Source: Nitrosopumilaceae archaeon (lineage in GTDB: Archaea > Thermoproteota > Nitrososphaeria > Nitrososphaerales > Nitrosopumilaceae). From it: a DNA stretch of 64,000 bases. The notes under the pieces are model-generated. The model had not been told where the DNA came from and ran no database searches. It was given only the letters and a program-made list of their open reading frames with translations. Numbering within the stretch: the first letter of the stretch is position 1; each line of letters begins with the position of its first letter. This document shows positions 58,196 through 64,000 of this stretch, one piece after another. Where the stretch lies: assembly GCA_965207375.1 (NCBI GenBank), contig OZ242274.1, positions 1,664,001 to 1,728,000 of the forward strand. The letters are read 5' to 3'. A program made the position numbers and the translations under genes.

Positions 58196-61122
58196 TAACA
58201 TTAAGTATTAATGACTTTTCGAATTTTTTTAAGGAAGTTAATGGGGATCTGCCGTTTGAGTGGCAAAAAGAACTGGCAGAATATGTATTCAAGAATGGAT
58301 GTTGGCCACAAGTGCTAAACATGCCAACAGGCACAGGCAAAACCTCGGTGATTGACATAGCATTGTTTCACTTGGCTCTAGATGCATCACAAGAATCTGA
58401 ACGGACTGCACCTATGCGTATTGCATATGTAGTAGATCGACGATTGGTCGTTGATGATGCATTTGATCATGCATATGACATATACAATAAGCTACGAAAC
58501 CCAGAAAGTTCTAAAATGCAAGAAATTGCTGATAGTCTTAAAAAAATTTCATTCTCAGATAATCCTATTTTAGTAACAAAACTACGTGGCGGTATGGTTC
58601 AAGAAAGTGATTGGTATAAGACACCATCACAACCATTAGTTCTAGTATCTACGATTGACCAAGTTGGTTCAAGATTGCTATTTAGAGGATATGGCGTATC
58701 TGATTCTATGAAACCAATACACGCCGGGCTTCTTGGAACCGACATACTTTATATCATTGATGAGGCACACATGTCAAAGCCTTTCTTGGACACATTAAAA
58801 TCAATACAAAACATAAAACAGGAAAACAAATGGGTGGGAAGACTACCGTTTCAGTCCATATACATGAGTGCAACATTTGAAGAACAAAACAATGTGTTTC
58901 CTCCAGATGATCGTCGGAATCAACTATTAGCAAATGATGAGAGGTTAAAAGAACGTCTATCTGCACACAAGTATGTCGAATTAAAAAAAACAAAAGATGA
59001 ATATGGGCAAATTTCGGAGATTGTCAAGTCTGCATACAATCTTGCAAAACATGATAGTGTTAAGAGCATCGGGATTGTAGTGAATAGAGTAGATATCGCA
59101 CGTAAGGTATTTGATATCATAAAAGGGGAGTTGGGAAACAGATTGGAAACGGAAGTACATCTTTTGACTGGACGTTCGAGACCATTTGAGCGGGACACAT
59201 TCGTAAAACAAAAAATCACTCAGATCAAAAAAAATGATTACAAGAATGTAAAACAAATGTTTTTTGTAGCCACACAATGCATAGAAGTTGGAGTTGATCT
59301 GAGCTTTGATGCACTTGTAACTCAAATAGCTCCAGTTGATTCATTACGGCAACGATTTGGAAGGTTGAACAGATATGGTAAACTGAAAAGTGGTAGTGAT
59401 GCAGTGATAGTTGCTAGAGAAGAAGAGATTAAAAAGAACGCCGATGACATTGTCTACAAAAATGCCTTGGCACAAACATGGACATATCTGAAGCAAATGT
59501 CCAAAAGTAACAATGACAAAAAGATTGATTTTGGCATAAATTACTTTCCCAGCAATATGGAAAAACAAAATAACATGTTGGCTCCTCGTGCAAAATCTAT
59601 AACTTTGTTAAAACCATATCTGCATTTTTGGATGCAGACAAACCCACATCCAGATCCAGATCCAGATCCAGCACTATTCTTGCATGGATTGGAATCCAAA
59701 TCTGCAGATGTGCAGGTAATATGGCGCGCAGATATAACAGAAGACATGCTAATGTCAGATAAAAGCGAATTGCATACTAGCATGTTTATTATCGCACCAT
59801 CCCAGATCGAGGCAATATCATTACCAATATGGACTGTGAAGAAATGGCTTTCAGAACAATCTGAAAGTAGTCTAATTGCAGACATTGAAGGAATTCAAGA
59901 ATCAAACTATGTGACAGAAAGTGAGAACAACAGAAGACAACGAAAGGTCATACGATGGAGAGGTAAAAAATCAAATGAGACATGTAAGATAAGCGTAAAA
60001 GAAATAATTCCAGGCGATACAATAATAGTTCCTTCGACTTATGGTGGTTGTGATAAATATGGTTGGAATGCCAACAGTAAAAATCCAGTTCATGATATAG
60101 GCATGGAAGCCAATCTTGTCCATAGAAGATATCTTACCATGCGTTTTGACAAAAATGTGGTAATCCAAGCAAGTAATCAAAATACTTGGCAGACAGTTGA
60201 AAGATTGACAAAAAAATATGCAGATCTGAGTGATACAGTAGGATTCATAGATGAAATGAAGAAAATAGATGAATTCCCACCATTGTGGAAGAATATGTTA
60301 GATGAGATTAAGAAAAATCACAATAAAGTCAATTTAATCTCTGAAGAAGTTCAAGGCGAAGTTAGAATAATTGGATTGAGCTATAAAAAGAAGATCGAGG
60401 ATAAAACATTGCAAAAAATTTTTGAAGGACATATAATAGTGAAAAATTTTGAGGTTGCAAATTATCAACCTGTGACAGATGAAGAAAACGTACAACATAC
60501 CTATGGAAAAATATCTCTGAAGAGTCATTGCGAGGGGGTAAAAGAACACGTAAAAAAATTTGGTAGCGGAGTAGGGCTTGATGCCAGCATACTTGAAGAT
60601 ATAGAGTCTGCGGCATTTTTGCATGATGCTGGCAAGGCAGAAAAAAGAATACAGGCGTTTCTTCGCAGAAAAGATCCTGACGAGATGATCAAGTATGAGG
60701 ATGAACTTATTGCAAAAAGTGCCTATGATATAAAAAGTAAGAAAGAGTATGACAAATATCTCAAGTTAGCACATCTTCCAAAAGGCTACAGACATGAATG
60801 TTGGTCGGTGAACTTGGCAATAAATAGATTAGATAACATGAAGGTACATGACAGTGATCTAGTCCTGTATTTGATAGGAACACATCACGGATATGGCCGC
60901 CCATTTTTTCCTCAAGTAAATGATGATAGTGTAGAGCCTACACTGTTTACTTTTGATGATACTAGTGCAAAATCAGATTTTAATATAACACGTATTGATT
61001 CCGGATGGATCGAGAGATATGAACAATTGTATCACAGGTATGGTCCATGGAATCTTGCATATATGGAATCATTGTTACGCCTTGCAGATCATCGACAATC
61101 TGAAAAAGAGGCAAATGTATGA
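58195..61122 (+). CDS. cas3: Type I-G Cas3 (helicase with C-terminal HD nuclease)
   Basis: PTGTGKT, DEAH, MSAT and QRFGRLNR motifs; C-terminal HC...LHDAGK...HE...THHG...RLADH. The conserved N-terminus extends upstream of the track start (58312) to an ATA codon. Confidence 0.92.
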   Translation: MTLSINDFSNFFKEVNGDLPFEWQKELAEYVFKNGCWPQVLNMPTGTGKTSVIDIALFHLALDASQESERTAPMRIAYVVDRRLVVDDAFDHAYDIYNKLRNPESSKMQEIADSLKKISFSDNPILVTKLRGGMVQESDWYKTPSQPLVLVSTIDQVGSRLLFRGYGVSDSMKPIHAGLLGTDILYIIDEAHMSKPFLDTLKSIQNIKQENKWVGRLPFQSIYMSATFEEQNNVFPPDDRRNQLLANDERLKERLSAHKYVELKKTKDEYGQISEIVKSAYNLAKHDSVKSIGIVVNRVDIARKVFDIIKGELGNRLETEVHLLTGRSRPFERDTFVKQKITQIKKNDYKNVKQMFFVATQCIEVGVDLSFDALVTQIAPVDSLRQRFGRLNRYGKLKSGSDAVIVAREEEIKKNADDIVYKNALAQTWTYLKQMSKSNNDKKIDFGINYFPSNMEKQNNMLAPRAKSITLLKPYLHFWMQTNPHPDPDPDPALFLHGLESKSADVQVIWRADITEDMLMSDKSELHTSMFIIAPSQIEAISLPIWTVKKWLSEQSESSLIADIEGIQESNYVTESENNRRQRKVIRWRGKKSNETCKISVKEIIPGDTIIVPSTYGGCDKYGWNANSKNPVHDIGMEANLVHRRYLTMRFDKNVVIQASNQNTWQTVERLTKKYADLSDTVGFIDEMKKIDEFPPLWKNMLDEIKKNHNKVNLISEEVQGEVRIIGLSYKKKIEDKTLQKIFEGHIIVKNFEVANYQPVTDEENVQHTYGKISLKSHCEGVKEHVKKFGSGVGLDASILEDIESAAFLHDAGKAEKRIQAFLRRKDPDEMIKYEDELIAKSAYDIKSKKEYDKYLKLAHLPKGYRHECWSVNLAINRLDNMKVHDSDLVLYLIGTHHGYGRPFFPQVNDDSVEPTLFTFDDTSAKSDFNITRIDSGWIERYEQLYHRYGPWNLAYMESLLRLADHRQSEKEANV

Positions 61123-62039
61123 AAATCAAACTTGTAGGATTTGATCCACATAATCTTTTAGCGTTTTTAGCACTGTTGGGAATATTAAAAACACTAGAGG
61201 CATCAAGACCAGAATGGAATCCGCATATATCTTGGATAGATAACTCACCATATCTGCATTTAACATATGATGTAGACCGACATGAAATAGCAAAAGAGGT
61301 AACTGCAGGAATCATGAAAATAGGAAAAAATATGAAATTTGCACCTCATAAAAATTTGAAGATAAAGCCAGAAGAATTTGATGAATTACAAAAAAACATT
61401 TCAGAAGACATCATAATAGCACTAGGTTCTGATGGCATTTTACGCAAAGACAAAAAACATGTGGCATATCCACCCCTATGTATGATGTTGGGTTCAGGGC
61501 ATCAAAATTTTTTAGAAAGATTAGAGGATGCCACATCAATCAATGAAAATGAGTATGAAGAAAGAACAAAAAGGGTATACAATACCCTCTTTAATGAATG
61601 GAAATATAATGATGATACCAAGATAGGATTCAGATGGGATCCCAATGAATATCGCTCACATGCATATAGAGCATCTGATCCTTCTGACGATAATGTCACC
61701 ATAGAAGATGGAGCAAATAGATTGGCAGCAATAGGTTTTACAGTATTCTGGTCTGTTCCCACATTAAAAGGCCTCGAAGTGATTGGGTGTGTAGATTTGA
61801 TTGGTAGAGACAAAAAAATAATTTGGCCAATTTGGAAGAGAAAAATGTCTTTATCGGGAGTATTGTTCATAATGCGACACCCCCATATGAAAAAACTTCT
61901 TCGTAATAAAGAAAATACAGCAGATACCCGTAGGATTAGAATGAATATGTACGAGTATGGTATAGAATGTGTTATGGCGGCGGATATATTTTGGGCTGGA
62001 AAATTTCGCAATGTCCGATTTGGATCTAGAATAATGTGA
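61119..62039 (+). CDS. Type I-G large subunit, short Csb3/Cas8g type
   Basis: NLLAFLALLG.L, GSGHQNFL, RWDP.EYR and GANRLAAIG motifs; ATGA-coupled to cas3. Confidence 0.75.
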   Translation: MKIKLVGFDPHNLLAFLALLGILKTLEASRPEWNPHISWIDNSPYLHLTYDVDRHEIAKEVTAGIMKIGKNMKFAPHKNLKIKPEEFDELQKNISEDIIIALGSDGILRKDKKHVAYPPLCMMLGSGHQNFLERLEDATSINENEYEERTKRVYNTLFNEWKYNDDTKIGFRWDPNEYRSHAYRASDPSDDNVTIEDGANRLAAIGFTVFWSVPTLKGLEVIGCVDLIGRDKKIIWPIWKRKMSLSGVLFIMRHPHMKKLLRNKENTADTRRIRMNMYEYGIECVMAADIFWAGKFRNVRFGSRIM

Positions 62040-62405
62040 GCAGTATGAAATGCTATTAGACTATTTGGACAGTAATGTTTCCATCCACAAGATACTAACC
62101 ACAAGATCAAATTAGAGGGTTTGGTTCTACTAGAGTCTTCACTATATCAAAGTGGGTTTTTCACAATCAACATATCTACTAGAGATTTCAAGCAGTGTAT
62201 GAGCTTGATTTTCGAACAAAATTCCCAGAATTCATTCAGCCATAAGATATTTTACACCTGCGGAATTTGCATCACAATGGGGGGAGACAAACAAATGAGC
62301 TCAACTGTATGGATGATCGTGTAAAAAATGGTATCATTTTATGTGGTCCACTCCAATTTTATGGGGTCTACTCCACTCGTCACATATAAAAAAGTAAAAG
62401 ATGAT

Positions 62406-62864
62406 CTAATCTAGATCATATGGTATTTTTTCTATCTTTGCCTTTATAGTTACAACGCCTGCAAGTTTGGCAAAGGCACGCTGCCTTGTGTCTCCAAATG
62501 CAATCATTCCTATAATTGCATCAATTGGCATCACAAATGACTTGCCAAAGTTACTAATCAGAATTTGCTGTATCGTAAGCTTGTCATCACCAGACGCATT
62601 TGCTATACAAAGTCCAAACAGCCTTTTTCCAACAGTATATCCTGTCAGCCATTCCAGTATCGTAAAGTATGCAAAAAACACAGAACTTGTCACAACCCAC
62701 CAGGCAAACATTTCTGAATTTGTCTCATCTGAGACCACAGTAGCATCTGAACCACCTACAAAGGCACCCATCAAAATTCCCACTATTAACATGTCTATCA
62801 GGTACGCAAAAAAGCGCCTTGACCATTTGCCAATGCGTGCATTTTCAAATGTCTCGTTTTCCAT
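62406..62864 (-). CDS. RDD-family membrane protein
   Basis: RRFFAYLID, GYTVGKRLFGL and RQR motifs. Confidence 0.85.
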   Translation of the reverse strand: MENETFENARIGKWSRRFFAYLIDMLIVGILMGAFVGGSDATVVSDETNSEMFAWWVVTSSVFFAYFTILEWLTGYTVGKRLFGLCIANASGDDKLTIQQILISNFGKSFVMPIDAIIGMIAFGDTRQRAFAKLAGVVTIKAKIEKIPYDLD

Positions 62865-63032
62865 GAATATAGATATCAGTAATTGCATTTATTTGTGCTA
62901 GCTAAACAAATAGTGACCTTTGATTTAAAAAACAAGATACGAAAGATTCTTCTGCTTTATCTGTTGGTCAAAGTCAATATGCAAATTTTCTCCGAATTGC
63001 CCGTGCCTAGATTACTGCCTGTACCAGCAGAT

Positions 63033-63102
63033 CAATCACACATTATCAAAGCAATCACACATTATCAAAGCAATCACACATTATCAAAGCAATCACACAT
63101 TA
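63033..63102 (+). repeat. 19-bp tandem repeat CAATCACACATTATCAAAG x3.7
   Basis: Units start at 63033, 63052, 63071 and 63090. Confidence 0.9.
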
Positions 63103-63165
63103 GCAGAACATAATCTTCTCCGAGTTGTCACTGTTTCATCACACATGTAACTTTGACATTAGAGT

Positions 63166-63999
63166 TTATTGCACGTACAGTGCAGCGTTTGATATTACTG
63201 TCCTCCATTTTTGTCCGTGTATAGTTATACCTGCAGCCTCTGCAGGCGTCTTGCCTCCAAGACTCGAGTGAGGTCGCATGAAATTGTAATAAATATCACA
63301 TCCTGCAAATATTGGCGAGTTTTTACTTTTAATGCCGCGTCTGGGTCGTTGTATAGCACGTAATGTCCCGTTGAATCTTTCCTGGACATTGTTGTTGTTC
63401 TTTTTGGAAATTCCTGCATTTGATATGTGTGTGCAATGTTGATGTAGTGCATTTGGTGCAGCATACACTGATTCAAATGCTTGTGCATATGAGGGCAGGG
63501 CATCGCTTACAAATTCTGTAGGTTTCTTTCCGGCACGGGCTGCTGCAGCTTTGAGTAGGTTTTCTGCATTGTGTCCGTCCTTGCAGTTTGCAACCTCCCA
63601 TGCTAGTAAAAATCTGGTATCATAATCAGTCTCTGCAAAAAGATAATTTTGTTTACCTCTTATTGAAATGTATTCCTCGTCTGCACAGAATCGATTGCCT
63701 GTATTAATTGAAAGTGACATCAGGTATACATACACCATTGTTACAAATTTGATTATCCATCTGTATATCGTAGATACACACACATACACTCCCTTTTGTG
63801 CTAGCGTGTCTTGTATTGCACTAGGTGTATGTCCCTTATAGTAGGCATCAAGTGCATCTAGAATCGCCCATGATTCTATTCGTGTGTGTTCCATGCCGCC
63901 CCTGTACCCAAAGACACGATTGCAATTTTTGCATTGGTATCGTTGCGTAGTGCCATGTCTACGCTGTATATGACCATATTTTATGATGTGTTCGTCACC
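63166..63999 (-). CDS. IS6-like DDE transposase with zinc ribbon, 5'-truncated by the window edge
   Basis: STIYRW, ADEEY, VSDALPSY, NNNVQERFNGT and YNFMRPHSSLGGKTPAE motifs; frame stays open upstream through QRYQCKNCNRVF. Confidence 0.85.
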   Translation of the reverse strand, partial: GDEHIIKYGHIQRRHGTTQRYQCKNCNRVFGYRGGMEHTRIESWAILDALDAYYKGHTPSAIQDTLAQKGVYVCVSTIYRWIIKFVTMVYVYLMSLSINTGNRFCADEEYISIRGKQNYLFAETDYDTRFLLAWEVANCKDGHNAENLLKAAAARAGKKPTEFVSDALPSYAQAFESVYAAPNALHQHCTHISNAGISKKNNNNVQERFNGTLRAIQRPRRGIKSKNSPIFAGCDIYYNFMRPHSSLGGKTPAEAAGITIHGQKWRTVISNAALYVQ

Positions 64000-64000
64000 G

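Overview
Genome window from an ammonia-oxidising archaeon (Nitrosopumilaceae/Thaumarchaeota), judged from the archaeal ribosomal operon lacking rpl2, the proteasome alpha subunit, a CdvB/Snf7 paralogue and thaumarchaeal-type secreted proteins. The heavy IS/MITE load and repeat-rich surface proteins suggest a host-associated lineage (inference). A conserved core (psmA, SPOUT methyltransferase, rpl3 to rpl6, tRNA-Asn/Pro/Gly) is interleaved with accessory regions. These include two paralogous secreted His-motif repeat proteins (one with a frameshifting poly-C tract), a 266-bp inverted-repeat cassette carrying a diversifying small-protein family, a nested IS3/IS5/ISH3 stack, a complete IS66, two MITE families, AbiE-like and HicAB toxin-antitoxin pairs, a four-Cache-domain protein, and a type I-G CRISPR-Cas locus (38 repeats, 37 spacers). 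The most striking observation is at 13.16-13.33 kb. A tRNA with a serine-type body (long variable arm, GCC acceptor stem, G73) carries a phenylalanine GAA anticodon. Directly upstream lies a ~48-nt hairpin whose loop holds two exact pieces of that tRNA in permuted order and which has a plausible divergent promoter and terminator. This is a candidate mistranslating-tRNA / antisense-RNA module.
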